From contig CAYPIR010000001.1 of NCBI GenBank assembly GCA_964410905.1, positions 85,861 to 149,860 of the forward strand: a stretch of DNA of 64,000 bases, written 5' to 3'. Below, piece by piece: positions 11,486 to 21,850 of this stretch. The notes beneath the pieces were generated by a model. It was not told the origin of the DNA and did not search any database. It worked only from the letters and a program-made list of their open reading frames with translations. A program made the translations under genes and the position numbers. How positions within the stretch are numbered: the stretch's first letter is position 1; each line of letters opens with the position of its first letter. This stretch comes from an uncultured bacterium. Lineage in GTDB: Bacteria; Omnitrophota; Omnitrophia; Omnitrophales; Aquincolibacteriaceae.

Positions 11486-12471
11486 TTTTTCAAGTCTCCC
11501 AACTCGCCCACCTCAAGAAGATACATAAAAATATCTTCAAGCGTCGCCGCTCGGCGGCGAATTTCAACAAGCGGTATATCGCGCTCAACAAACATCTTCG
11601 CAATGCGCGGTCTCAAATCTTCTTCGGTAGCAACTTGAAACGAGAAAAACAGCTCACCCGTCGGTTCCGCTAACACGAGCATTTTTTTTATATTAAGCGA
11701 TTTAAGCAAATCTCTTGCTTCGTTTTCTTTTTCCCTATTCTTTAAGCAAATTTGAATATTATCTTTATTTTTTAAAAACGCGGAAAGTTCTCTGACCGTT
11801 CCATTGGCCAAAATACTTCCATGATCAATCATCATCACGCGGTTACATAGAACAGAAACTTCTGACAAAATATGAGTCGATAAAATCACAGCGCGCGTCG
11901 CGGCAAATGATTCAATCACATCTCTTATTCCTTTAATCTGCGTTGGATCAAGCCCTGTCGTAGGTTCGTCCAAAATCAAAACATCAGGGTCCCCAATTAG
12001 CGCTTGCGTAAGTCCAATGCGTTGGCGATAGCCTTTTGAAAGCTGCCCAATGAGTTTTTTACCCATATCGCACAGCCCGCACAAATACATTTTTTCTTCA
12101 ATGTGTGTTTTTATCTTGCTTCGTTCGACATCTTTTAATTTAGCAACAAACGAAAGATATTCTGCCACCCGCATATCAGGATATAAATTAACCGTTTCGG
12201 GAAGATAACCAATGGAACGCTTCGCGAGACGAGGGTCTTTTGCCATAGGCTTCCCTTTAATCAAAACCTGTCCTGATGTCGGCGGAAAAAATCCAGAAAG
12301 AACTCTTAGCACCGTGGTTTTTCCGGCACCATTGGGGCCGAGAAAGCCAACAATCTCTCCTGGTTTAATTTCAAATGAAATATCTTTTAGGATTTCTTTT
12401 TCGTCATAATGCTTGAATATCTTTTCTACCTTGATAAGCGGCGGCTGAGATGAGAGGACTGTGGGCAGCAT
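11482..12471 (-). CDS. ABC transporter ATP-binding protein (GldA-like)
   Basis: Walker A GPNGAGKTT, signature LSKGYRQR, Walker B LILDEP. Confidence 0.9.
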   Translation of the reverse strand: MLPTVLSSQPPLIKVEKIFKHYDEKEILKDISFEIKPGEIVGFLGPNGAGKTTVLRVLSGFFPPTSGQVLIKGKPMAKDPRLAKRSIGYLPETVNLYPDMRVAEYLSFVAKLKDVERSKIKTHIEEKMYLCGLCDMGKKLIGQLSKGYRQRIGLTQALIGDPDVLILDEPTTGLDPTQIKGIRDVIESFAATRAVILSTHILSEVSVLCNRVMMIDHGSILANGTVRELSAFLKNKDNIQICLKNREKENEARDLLKSLNIKKMLVLAEPTGELFFSFQVATEEDLRPRIAKMFVERDIPLVEIRRRAATLEDIFMYLLEVGELGDLKK

Positions 12472-12473
12472 CG

Positions 12474-13685
12474 TTAAGCGGGTTCAACCCTTGCGAATTT
12501 GCGTTTGCCGCATTGAAGAATAAACGACTCTTTTTTAGAAATAATCATTTTAGGGTCTGATACTTTTTCTTGATCAAGCCGGACACCGCCTTGCAAAATC
12601 ATTCGCCGCGCTTCTGATTTACTCACAAATAACTTGGCATCAACAAGAATTGAGACAATATCAATCCCATTACAATTTATTTTTATAGCCGGAATTTCTT
12701 CGGGAACTCCTTTGTTTTTAAAAATTTCATCAAATTCCGAGCGCGCCTTTTTTCCCTCTTCTACAGAATAAAAAAGCTCAACCACTCGTTCGGCCAGCCC
12801 GGCTTTAGCTTCTCTAGGATGAATATTTCCGTTTTTAAGCCCATTTAATATTTCATCAACTTTCTTCATCGGAAGCGCGGCGACATAGCGGTAATACCTT
12901 TCAAGAAGCGCGTCAGGAATCGACATAACTTTCCCAAACATATCCCGCGGCGCGTCTTTAATAGCTATATGATTCTCTAAACTTTTGGACATTTTCTGAA
13001 TTCCGTCAAGCCCTTCAATCAGCGGAAGAGTAAGAACAACCTGAGGCTCTTGTCCATCGGACTTTTGAAGTTCCCTTCCGACCAACAGATTAAATTTTTG
13101 ATCTGTTCCGCCGATTTCCACATCCGATTTAATTTGAACAGAATCATGCCCTTGCATAAGCGGATACAAAAACTCCACAATCGCGATTGGAGCGTTTGCC
13201 TTATACCTTTTCGCGAAATCATCACGCTCCAAAATCCGTGCCACCGTGTATTGCGCCGTAAGCCGCAAAAAATCCTCAGGCCGCATTTTACCAAGCCACT
13301 CGGAGTTGTATCTGACTTCTGTTTTAGATTTATCGAGAATGCGGAAAACTTGTTCTTGGTAAGTCAAAGCGTTCGCTCGAACTTGTTCCTCGCTGAGCAT
13401 TGGACGCGTTGACGATTTTCCCGACGGATCGCCGATTCTCGCCGTGAAATCTCCTATGATGAACACAACTGTATGCCCAAGGTCTTGAAGTGAACGAAGT
13501 TTACGAAGCGGAACGGTATGCCCTAAATGGAGGTCGGGAGCGGACGGGTCCGCGCCATATTTAATTCTAAGCGGAATATTTTTTTTAAAAGAGGTCTCTA
13601 GTTTTGCGACAAGCTCTTTTTCCGAGATAAGTTCAACTAGATTTTCTTTGAAGACGGCAAGTTGTTCTTTGACAGGTAAAAACAC
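12474..13685 (-). CDS. tyrS: Tyrosyl-tRNA synthetase (GTG start) with C-terminal S4 domain
   Basis: 403 aa; PDLHLGH (HIGH), KMSKSLEN (KMSKS). Confidence 0.9.
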   Translation of the reverse strand: MFLPVKEQLAVFKENLVELISEKELVAKLETSFKKNIPLRIKYGADPSAPDLHLGHTVPLRKLRSLQDLGHTVVFIIGDFTARIGDPSGKSSTRPMLSEEQVRANALTYQEQVFRILDKSKTEVRYNSEWLGKMRPEDFLRLTAQYTVARILERDDFAKRYKANAPIAIVEFLYPLMQGHDSVQIKSDVEIGGTDQKFNLLVGRELQKSDGQEPQVVLTLPLIEGLDGIQKMSKSLENHIAIKDAPRDMFGKVMSIPDALLERYYRYVAALPMKKVDEILNGLKNGNIHPREAKAGLAERVVELFYSVEEGKKARSEFDEIFKNKGVPEEIPAIKINCNGIDIVSILVDAKLFVSKSEARRMILQGGVRLDQEKVSDPKMIISKKESFILQCGKRKFARVEPA

Positions 13686-13848
13686 GGCTTAGAATAACCT
13701 TTCTTTAGAGTGAAAAGAGGCGGTATTTTAGCAATGATAGAAGGCATTGTGAAGAGTAAAAGAAGGTGGAATATGTCAAAATGGATTACCGAATGCTTTT
13801 CATGAATCGAGGCTATGTCAGCTCGCTCAATTTGATGCAGGGTCTGGT

Positions 13849-13918
13849 AAAAAAACGACATCGGTTCCAAACCTCCGCGTATTTTCGGCGGCATTGTTTG
13901 TCATCAATGTCGTTTTTT
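13849..13918 (-). repeat. Palindromic structured intergenic element copy E1 (A-run/CGACAT...ATGTCG/T-run; core ACAATGCCG in minus orientation). Probable bidirectional intrinsic terminator downstream of the giant gene
   Basis: Minus strand reads AAAAAACGACAT-TGATGACAAACAATGCCGCCGAAAATACGCGGAGGTTTGGAACCG-ATGTCGTTTTTTT. Confidence 0.6.
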
Positions 13919-14095
13919 ATTTAAACCGAGATATCGCTAAAAATCCACTCTAGCTGTCTCTTCGGCGCTTGTCCGTTACGCATCGGCGACAAGTCAATGC
14001 TCATTGCATTGACACAAACAAGCGAGACTTTGTCGTCTCGTCTAGTTTGAATTTGCCGATACGTGCAGGCGTGACGGCTTCGCCACTCACGTCCA

Positions 14096-17000
14096 TTACG
14101 CCGATCGCGCGATAAGCGACTGTTCGACAAAACGTTCCGCCAAAACGGCAATCGCGCTAATCCTAAAAACATTTCCATTTTTAGTAATACCCGGCAAATT
14201 CTCTTCTACAAATCTTGTCAAAAGGTCAGCCCGAACATCGGCGTCAGGAATATTGTGAATTAAATCCGCCGCCCTTTTCAATGCTGTGGCAAGAACGCTT
14301 GCGGCAAAAAGATTTTCGCCTCCCACTTTTTTATCAAGAATAAAATGATAACCGCTAGAAATAACGTTAGAGATATTTCCGCCTAAATCTAAGCAGATCA
14401 CGCTTCCGCCGCTTTGGGCTATCAACCGTTTTATAACCGTTATTTCCTTTTCCTTGCCTTCGCGGGCATGTTCAACACGAATAAGTTTATTATGTTTAAG
14501 CGCGGCAACTATGTTTGAGAGCATCTCTTTGTCATTGGCATCAACTACGTTTTTAGCCGACAGCGCTTTTTCAATTTTTTCTACAAGTTTGCGCTCGTCT
14601 TTGCTTACCGTCACAAATGCCGTTTCGATTCCATTTTCATAAGCCGCTTTTAGCAGATAAAAAAGCGCGCGCGGGCTATCACTAATAAACCGGGTTAAGA
14701 GCAATGGATCCATTAAAAGCGTTCCGCTGGGCAAATACTTTGTATTCACAGTCGCTTTGCCGGAAATTTCATCCGCGCCCCCTGTGCCGCGGTTAAAAAC
14801 AAAAGGCTTTGCTAAAAGACGCTGCCCTCCCGGAATCAATTTTTCTAAAACATCTGAAGAATCCTCTGACGAAAAATTATCATCTGAAATATCTATGAGA
14901 TCTCCAAGATATTCATAAAGTTCTGGAAACGCGTTTTCTTTCACAACTTTTTCATACAACCAAACTGGAATCAACCTATCGTAATATTCACGGATTATGA
15001 CGAGGAAAGATGAAGACATTATCTCCTTTGCGGTTTTTGCTTTTAAAGCCTGCCCATCAAATATCATATGTCTGTTTTGAATCTCTCCAAACTGGAATTT
15101 CAGAATCGCATCTGTCATAACATCCAAAGTGTTATACCAATAGATGACTCCAAACAAATCGCCTTGCTTTAACCCCAATGTTTTTTCCAACTCGAATTGA
15201 AATTCCACAAACTTGGTTTTGTCAAAACCAATATCATTAAAATGTTCCTGCACATACCGCGGCGCATTTGGCACAACGCGCCCTATTGCGCGTTGAATGC
15301 TGTTTCTAATTTCAACTCGCTTATCTGTGTTTTCGTCTTTTAAATACCTTGACTCGCTGCGGGCAGCCTCATCATCCTCTTCTTCCTCGCGCGCCGGCGG
15401 ACGAACACCCAAAAGTCTTTCTGATAAATTATCTGTTTTATTTAAAGCTCCACGCATTGCTATTTTGAAACGCACACGGGTAATATTCTGCTCTGTATCA
15501 ACCGCGCCGCTTCTTTTTCCGATGCCAATTTTTTTGTAATTAGCAAAATCTTTATCGCTAATTTCTGTTCCGTATTCTGTTTCCACTTTTTCACGGGCAA
15601 CGGCTGGAGCAAATTCTTTTTCTAGGAAAACGCGAAGGGAATGCGCGGATTTTGCCGTAATTATACTTAAAATTCCGGGGCCTCCGTTTTGAAACCTTCC
15701 AATTACTACCCAAGTAAAAATCGCGGAGATAGCCGCAAGTCCAAGCAAACTAGCCACCATGGAACTTCTTGCCAAATCGTGCGCTAAATAATCTAAAAAT
15801 CCCAGAGTCAGCAAAACGGTAGGCGTAAGCCCGATAAAAAATGCTAAATTCCTATGGGAGCTATATCTTTCAACTTCACGTAAAATATTAATAATTTTGC
15901 CTAACTCCCCATTTTCTACTAGCTCGCCGTATAGCGGATAATATTTAATCGCTTCAAAGGTTCGGCGAAGAAGCCCTATGTTTTCGCCAGTCGCATTTTG
16001 AACGATAAAGCCAATCTCAAAACGGGCTTCACTTTTCGCAACGTTCGCCTCAGAATATTCGTAAGAGGCGTTTGAATGAACAAACCCTTCTGTCACGACA
16101 GATTTGGGAACTGAAGATTCGTTTCCAGCCATTTCTAAATCAATTTCTGAGACTTGCGAAATATCGTTCAAACCCAATTTGTTAAGTTCCTTTACCAAAG
16201 AATCCCAAAGAGAGCCAGTTTCCGGCAATGTGTATTCCACCAAAATAGGTTTGCCATTTATCCATGCCGCAATCTGAATATTATTTATTGGCAGTCCATA
16301 AACTTTTTGTTTAATAAAATTAATTATTGAGCCTCTCTCGGCCCCATCGATAATAATTTTTATTGGCGGTAATTCGTTCCCTTTATGCCATTCTTTTGCC
16401 ATAGCAATGGATTGGCGCAAAAAATTATCAGAGAATCTCGAATCTGCCGCATGCTCTCTAGTCTCGCTTTTCACAACCAACGACGCTTCCAATCTGTCAA
16501 TTTTTAAATCTATAGCAGAAATTTCTTTTAAATTTTTTAAAAATATTGACGCGAGAGAAAGATAAGCATATGGCTTGTGTCGCGCTTGAGCATAACTATA
16601 GCGCCTTATAGGAGATGCTGCGTTTTCCCTGACAAGGTTATTTCTTTTTTCAAACAACATCTGAACCTCAGGGTCATTTCCATCATATGAATATTCCATC
16701 CAGTTACTGCGCTCTGACGCGCGCGAGGCAACTCTAGCCTTCAGGCGTTTTATGAGTCTATCAATCATGAGATTTATATCTTTAATAGCGTCTCGATTAC
16801 TCAAAAATTTCAAAGCAATAGGATCGCGGGCCTTTACCGCTTCTTGTAATTGGTAATCATAATAATTATTTACTTGTGAAGTTGCATTTTCACGAATAAG
16901 TTCGTTTCTTAGTCTATACAAATATCGCAGCTCCTGATCAATATCACGCTCACTTGAACGAGCAACATCATCTGTTTTTCCCTCATTTTTCTCCGCCACC

Positions 17001-20000
17001 GCTTTTTCGATTGCAGCGATGGCTTCTTCTACACTTTTTCTTGTCCAGTTTTTGTTATCAACTTTTTTATTAGATGGCAATTTTTCGAGAAATAATTTCA
17101 AAGGGACAAGTGCAGGTTCGGATTCAGCCCCCCAACGAATTAAGGCTAAACACATTTTATTGAAAACACTGCCTGAATCTTTTCTTTCAAAAGCAGCGAC
17201 AAGCTTTTCTATAACTTGAGGAGGAGGCTCTTTAATAAGGGCTATTATATTTGCAGCATCGGCACTGATTTTCCAATCGCTTGAATCTAAACGCATAAAC
17301 AGGAGGTCATATAAATTCTCTCTACCTTCTAATGCAATGCGCTCCATTATTTTATTTTTATCCGATTTATCTTCTGCAAAAGAAAGCCCCAACGTCCAAT
17401 CATCATCTGACAGTTTCACCTCTTTGGAGAGATACTGAACAACTTGCGAACTGGCATCTATCCCTTTAGGTAAATCCTTGAATCGTTCTCTTATCGCAAC
17501 GCTAGTCTTTATTTTTTCTATTGCATTTTTAACATCTTTCGCTGCCCGTCCATCATCTTTTTTATTCTTCTCAAAAGTTCGAGTCGGAAGTGTTTTGAGA
17601 TATTTTTCCAACTCTGGAATTGTTGAAGAAAATGCATACTTTGCAAGCGTGTCACAGATATATCCCACTAATCCATATGTCTTTCCAGAATTCAATTTTT
17701 CTAGCAAGTAGTCCGCTTCTTTTTTTGTCGGATTAGGGATTTCTGCTAAGGCACGAACAGCAGCCGTACTAACAAAAAAACTACTAGAAAAAAGTGATCT
17801 ATTGACTACGTCTATGGAAGCTGACGTATTTATTTTTACCAAAATAATCATCACTTCTTGATATTCGTCAGAGTTCATCGATTCATAATCTTTTGTGCGT
17901 TGAATAAAGACTGGCGCTAAATCATCAGGATATTTTTTGATAATCCTCTGATCCGCCGCGAGTTTTTTTGCCATTTCGTATTGTGTCTTGGCATCGCGGA
18001 TTTGTTTCATAACATTAATCATATCTTCCAAAACAGATTCATCATACGGTGTCCCAAGTAAAGCATAAGAAAGTGTCGCTCGAGCAACCAACACCTGAGG
18101 GTATAAAAGGCTATTTGTCTTCGAGCCTTTTATGATTTTCAAAAGTTCTGGTGCCGCTTTTTCCTTTGCATCTTCACCAATCAACCCCAACGCATGCGCC
18201 GCAAGCGGTTTTCCCGCCGCTAAATTTCCATTTAATTCCTCTATCAAAGGATCAACCGCAGATGCCCCAAACTTAGCTATAAGCGCCGCGGATTTTAACC
18301 CTACTTCGCTCGAAGCTTGCGAGCGAATATTTTTGAGTAAAAAATTAATAATTTCATCCTTCTTTTCAAGAATAGACTCATCTGCCGGATTATCACCTTC
18401 CGGCGTAAGCCGTTGTGATATTTCGCTAATGACCTGCAATTTTTGAGAATTCATTCCGAACTGAAATTGTTGTAAAAGTTTTTCAACAGGAGTTTTCGCT
18501 TTTTGTGCTTGAGAAAACCTTAAAGATTGCGTCTGCGCTGAAACAAACTCCGGTGCCAACGCTACGGAAAAACCGACAAGAAATGCTAACGCTAGCCTTT
18601 TTGCCGCTTGAGAAATTGCTAGGCCGTAGCGCATTATTTCCAACGCTCTAGCCTGCTCTTGAGCAGTAAGCCTTTCGGCTTCTTCAGCCGCAGCAACGGA
18701 GTCTTCCTCGCTTATATCGCTTGACATATCCTCATCTGCAGACCGCGTCTCAGACTTTGCGGGTGTCATATTATCCGCATCGGAAATTCTAGCTCTAACG
18801 GCGGCAAGAACTTCTGGATCTACTGTAACTTTTCGCGCCGTTTCTACTGTGGCTGCAACAACAGCTGGCGACACTCCCCCATCCGATACTGCTCGCGGAA
18901 CATCCCAAGCATAAGTCGAAGCTTTGGCGAGATTTGTAAAATTTCCCATTACCGCGTTGACATAATCTTTTCTTCCTCTTTCATCAACGGAAATCATCTG
19001 CGGCGTAATAAGAGCGTAAGTATAATTTTTATCCGAAAAGTATTTCTCAAAAGGTTTTGAGTGAAATCCTCCCGTAATGATCGCGACTCGCTTTGCGCCA
19101 AGCTCAGCTACGCGTTTTTCAATATTTTGCATCATTTCAAGATCGCGAGTTTTCGCCCCCGCGTAAAATGACATCGCGCGACCAAACAATTCATCTATTT
19201 TTTCCAAGTTCCCAAACGTTACATCTTTGACGCGCAAAACATCGTCATTTTGGGCAATTCCCCCAAAGCGGCTAGCAACTTTTGAAGGCAACAAGTTTCG
19301 CTCGCCTGCCAAAAGAATTTTTTCATAATCGTTTGCTGAAAGTTCTAGTGAAAAAAGTTTTTCTAAAACGCGATAATCTTTTAACACCGAGACAATCACC
19401 CTCTCCGCTGATGTTTTTGCCAGCCGCGCCACTATTTTTTCTTGCAAATTTTCTAGTTCAACAATAAGCGCTTCAGCCTTTATCTCGCTTTTTAAAAGAA
19501 GCGCGCCAATATAAAACCTGACATTTGGATATGCGTCATAATCAAAATCCGCTGGCAATCCTTTGACCATTTCTTCAAACAAAAAACCTGTTTCCGGATT
19601 AGGAAGCGCCAAATCACTATTTCTACTTGATAAAAGCCGTCCCACAGAAGCAAAAATGTCATCATATTTTTTATTTTGTGGAAAATTTTTTGCAAGCGTT
19701 CTTAAAAACTCAACACTTTCTTTAGAAAAAGAGACTTCATCTATTTTTGAATAAAATTCACGTAGTTTTAGAAGCCTGACAAATATTGGAAATTCAAATT
19801 GGTTTTGCGGTTCAGTTAAATCCAAATAAATAATTTTTTGTGCGGAATCTTTTAGAATAGTAATCCACGCGTCTAAAGACATTTTTGATGTTTCAAAATT
19901 TTCAAGATTACGTAAAAAAACTTTTAAGTCGTTTGAAAGATACGCGTCCGAAAATCTATTAACCGCTTCGTCCATTTTCCGTAAAAAATTCCCCGTTTTT

Positions 20001-20551
20001 TCCTTTGCTTTTATCGTTTCAGCAAACGCCTTTCCGTTCGCAATATATGAATCGAGATTTTCAATCCCATACGCTTTCGCGTCAGACTCAACTTTATCCA
20101 GCAAATAAAGTTCTTCGCCGCTAACAAGCGCCGCGCGCGTCAATGCGTCCGCTATTTTTTGATTAATCTCCTGATTTTGCGGAACAAAGTTTAAAGTCTC
20201 AGCTAAAACTTCCGAGGCAGAACCTTCTATCAGAAGCGTATCAATCCCATAATTTTTTTCTAAAAAATGAAGAATTTGTCTGATTTTTTGCTGCGCCTCA
20301 TACGAACCATGGGCGGTTTGAATATGCGCAATCATCGCGCCCTGCCCGGCTTTGAAGTTTTCTATTTTCCCAATATTGGCGGGCACAGAGAAAACAAAAT
20401 CCGCGTTGCGCGAAATCGCGACTTCGCTTTGCGGTATAAGGGATTGCGTTGCCGCCTGCAAATTAGGAACTGAGCCAAGACTTGTAAAAGCAAAAACTAC
20501 AACGGTAAAAAGTGAAACAACCGCTTTGGAAGTTTTGTTAAATTGATACAT
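14096..20551 (-). CDS. Giant (2151 aa) secreted/membrane protein with HEAT/PBS-lyase-like repeats; function unknown
   Basis: SD AAAGGA 8 nt upstream of ATG; N-terminal signal peptide ...FAFTSLGSVPNLQAATQ; HEAT-like AAHALGLIGEDAKEKAAPELLKII; two TM helices around residue 1650; single uninterrupted ORF. Confidence 0.8.
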   Translation of the reverse strand: MYQFNKTSKAVVSLFTVVVFAFTSLGSVPNLQAATQSLIPQSEVAISRNADFVFSVPANIGKIENFKAGQGAMIAHIQTAHGSYEAQQKIRQILHFLEKNYGIDTLLIEGSASEVLAETLNFVPQNQEINQKIADALTRAALVSGEELYLLDKVESDAKAYGIENLDSYIANGKAFAETIKAKEKTGNFLRKMDEAVNRFSDAYLSNDLKVFLRNLENFETSKMSLDAWITILKDSAQKIIYLDLTEPQNQFEFPIFVRLLKLREFYSKIDEVSFSKESVEFLRTLAKNFPQNKKYDDIFASVGRLLSSRNSDLALPNPETGFLFEEMVKGLPADFDYDAYPNVRFYIGALLLKSEIKAEALIVELENLQEKIVARLAKTSAERVIVSVLKDYRVLEKLFSLELSANDYEKILLAGERNLLPSKVASRFGGIAQNDDVLRVKDVTFGNLEKIDELFGRAMSFYAGAKTRDLEMMQNIEKRVAELGAKRVAIITGGFHSKPFEKYFSDKNYTYALITPQMISVDERGRKDYVNAVMGNFTNLAKASTYAWDVPRAVSDGGVSPAVVAATVETARKVTVDPEVLAAVRARISDADNMTPAKSETRSADEDMSSDISEEDSVAAAEEAERLTAQEQARALEIMRYGLAISQAAKRLALAFLVGFSVALAPEFVSAQTQSLRFSQAQKAKTPVEKLLQQFQFGMNSQKLQVISEISQRLTPEGDNPADESILEKKDEIINFLLKNIRSQASSEVGLKSAALIAKFGASAVDPLIEELNGNLAAGKPLAAHALGLIGEDAKEKAAPELLKIIKGSKTNSLLYPQVLVARATLSYALLGTPYDESVLEDMINVMKQIRDAKTQYEMAKKLAADQRIIKKYPDDLAPVFIQRTKDYESMNSDEYQEVMIILVKINTSASIDVVNRSLFSSSFFVSTAAVRALAEIPNPTKKEADYLLEKLNSGKTYGLVGYICDTLAKYAFSSTIPELEKYLKTLPTRTFEKNKKDDGRAAKDVKNAIEKIKTSVAIRERFKDLPKGIDASSQVVQYLSKEVKLSDDDWTLGLSFAEDKSDKNKIMERIALEGRENLYDLLFMRLDSSDWKISADAANIIALIKEPPPQVIEKLVAAFERKDSGSVFNKMCLALIRWGAESEPALVPLKLFLEKLPSNKKVDNKNWTRKSVEEAIAAIEKAVAEKNEGKTDDVARSSERDIDQELRYLYRLRNELIRENATSQVNNYYDYQLQEAVKARDPIALKFLSNRDAIKDINLMIDRLIKRLKARVASRASERSNWMEYSYDGNDPEVQMLFEKRNNLVRENAASPIRRYSYAQARHKPYAYLSLASIFLKNLKEISAIDLKIDRLEASLVVKSETREHAADSRFSDNFLRQSIAMAKEWHKGNELPPIKIIIDGAERGSIINFIKQKVYGLPINNIQIAAWINGKPILVEYTLPETGSLWDSLVKELNKLGLNDISQVSEIDLEMAGNESSVPKSVVTEGFVHSNASYEYSEANVAKSEARFEIGFIVQNATGENIGLLRRTFEAIKYYPLYGELVENGELGKIINILREVERYSSHRNLAFFIGLTPTVLLTLGFLDYLAHDLARSSMVASLLGLAAISAIFTWVVIGRFQNGGPGILSIITAKSAHSLRVFLEKEFAPAVAREKVETEYGTEISDKDFANYKKIGIGKRSGAVDTEQNITRVRFKIAMRGALNKTDNLSERLLGVRPPAREEEEDDEAARSESRYLKDENTDKRVEIRNSIQRAIGRVVPNAPRYVQEHFNDIGFDKTKFVEFQFELEKTLGLKQGDLFGVIYWYNTLDVMTDAILKFQFGEIQNRHMIFDGQALKAKTAKEIMSSSFLVIIREYYDRLIPVWLYEKVVKENAFPELYEYLGDLIDISDDNFSSEDSSDVLEKLIPGGQRLLAKPFVFNRGTGGADEISGKATVNTKYLPSGTLLMDPLLLTRFISDSPRALFYLLKAAYENGIETAFVTVSKDERKLVEKIEKALSAKNVVDANDKEMLSNIVAALKHNKLIRVEHAREGKEKEITVIKRLIAQSGGSVICLDLGGNISNVISSGYHFILDKKVGGENLFAASVLATALKRAADLIHNIPDADVRADLLTRFVEENLPGITKNGNVFRISAIAVLAERFVEQSLIARSA

Positions 20552-20821
20552 TAGAAATTCCTTTCGGATTATGGATTTAAATTTTCAAATTAAAATTTTT
20601 AAATAAAAACTGTTTTAGATTCATTTTTATATGTATTTATAAAGACGCGAAACCATAACACGCGTATTGGGATTCCGCAAGTGCGTCGGGATTTTTTTTA
20701 AAAGGATTTTTAATAGATCGGCATTGTGTGCCATTGTGGCGCAAGTTAATAATTTCGTGAATAGATTTAACTCTAAAAGTCGTTCTGTGCGTTGTTTTTT
20801 GACGTCTCAAAATCTTTTTAT

Positions 20822-20890
20822 AAAAAAAACGACATTAAGACCAGACAATGCCGTATGAAATAACGGAGGGCTGGTGTAATGTCGTTTTTT
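20822..20890 (+). repeat. Palindromic structured intergenic element copy E2 (core in plus orientation). Probable bidirectional terminator downstream of lpxA
   Basis: AAAAAAAACGACAT-TAAGACCAGACAATGCCGTATGAAATAACGGAGGGCTGGTGTA-ATGTCGTTTTTT. Confidence 0.6.
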
Positions 20891-21001
20891 ATAACTACCT
20901 TTTGGATTCTGCGACTACGCGCAGAATGACCGCTTAACAAAATCTGTCTGCGAAATTATTGACTTGCACTGGATCTAGCAATTAATTAAAGTGAGGAGTT
21001 A

Positions 21002-21838
21002 TTATTCGTCTTCTGGATTTTCTTCGGAAAGGTTTTTTCGGTGAGATAAGGTTTCGTGGGCAGAACCGTCAAGGATTCCTCGTTTTGACGATTCAATAAA
21101 CTCGACCATATGCAAAACCTCTGGGCTGCTCAGATTCTTTTTTATTTCTTCAACCGCTTGACTTACATTGAGCCCAGAACGGTAAAGCAGCTTATAGGCA
21201 GTTTTTATCTCCGTCCGCGTCGCGAGGCTTATCCCCGCCCTGCGCATCCCGACAACATTGATTCCCTGAGCGACCGCCGGTCTCCCGCCACAAATCACAT
21301 AAGGCGGTATATCTTTGTTTATCGCGGAAAGAGCGCTTACCATCGCGAGCGTTCCAATTTTAGTAAACTGATGAAATCCCGTCATGCCTGAAAGAAACGC
21401 TCTGTCTTCCACAAAACAATGTCCCGTCAAGGACGCTTGGTTAACCATAATAATGTTGTTACCAAGATGACAATTGTGCGCGATATGACAATACGCCATT
21501 ATAAAATTGGAGTCGCCAATTACAGTCGCCGTCTCCTCTTCCGCTCCCCGATGAACTGTTACAAATTCACGAAAAGTATTCTTTGAGCCAATACGCGTGA
21601 AAGTTTTTTGCCCGTGATATGACAAATCTTGCGGCTCATGTCCAATAACGGCATTCATATGAAACGAGTTGCCGTCCCCGATAGTTGTCCCGCGTCCGAC
21701 AAAAACGCCATTTAGAAATTTATTTTTTGAACCAATATTGACGCCATCTTCGATAACAACGCCGGAGGAAATTTCATTCTCGTCGCCTAAAACGACATCT
21801 TTTCCAATAACCGCGGAGGGATGAATTTTGTTTGCCAT
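21002..21838 (-). CDS. lpxA: UDP-N-acetylglucosamine O-acyltransferase
   Basis: Hexapeptide repeats, HIAHNCHLGN, GRPA..GINVVGMRRAG signature of LpxA. Confidence 0.85.
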   Translation of the reverse strand: MANKIHPSAVIGKDVVLGDENEISSGVVIEDGVNIGSKNKFLNGVFVGRGTTIGDGNSFHMNAVIGHEPQDLSYHGQKTFTRIGSKNTFREFVTVHRGAEEETATVIGDSNFIMAYCHIAHNCHLGNNIIMVNQASLTGHCFVEDRAFLSGMTGFHQFTKIGTLAMVSALSAINKDIPPYVICGGRPAVAQGINVVGMRRAGISLATRTEIKTAYKLLYRSGLNVSQAVEEIKKNLSSPEVLHMVEFIESSKRGILDGSAHETLSHRKNLSEENPEDE

Positions 21839-21850
21839 AAAAAATCTCTT

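Noticed and set aside
13686-14095. T-box riboswitch upstream of tyrS
   Set aside because: No T-box consensus or specifier/antiterminator arrangement found by eye (see finding); needs cmscan to be definitive.
13637-14178. Two 85-aa minus-strand ORFs in the tyrS/giant-gene spacer
   Set aside because: No SD, no coding character; they overlap the E1 hairpin and are more parsimoniously non-coding 3'UTR/promoter.
19700-20551. ASKHA/actin-like phosphate-1-like motif (VICLDLGGNIS) near the giant protein C-terminus
   Set aside because: Only about 90 residues remain after it and no phosphate-2 or adenosine motifs appear at the right spacing; not enough for a kinase/ATPase-domain call.
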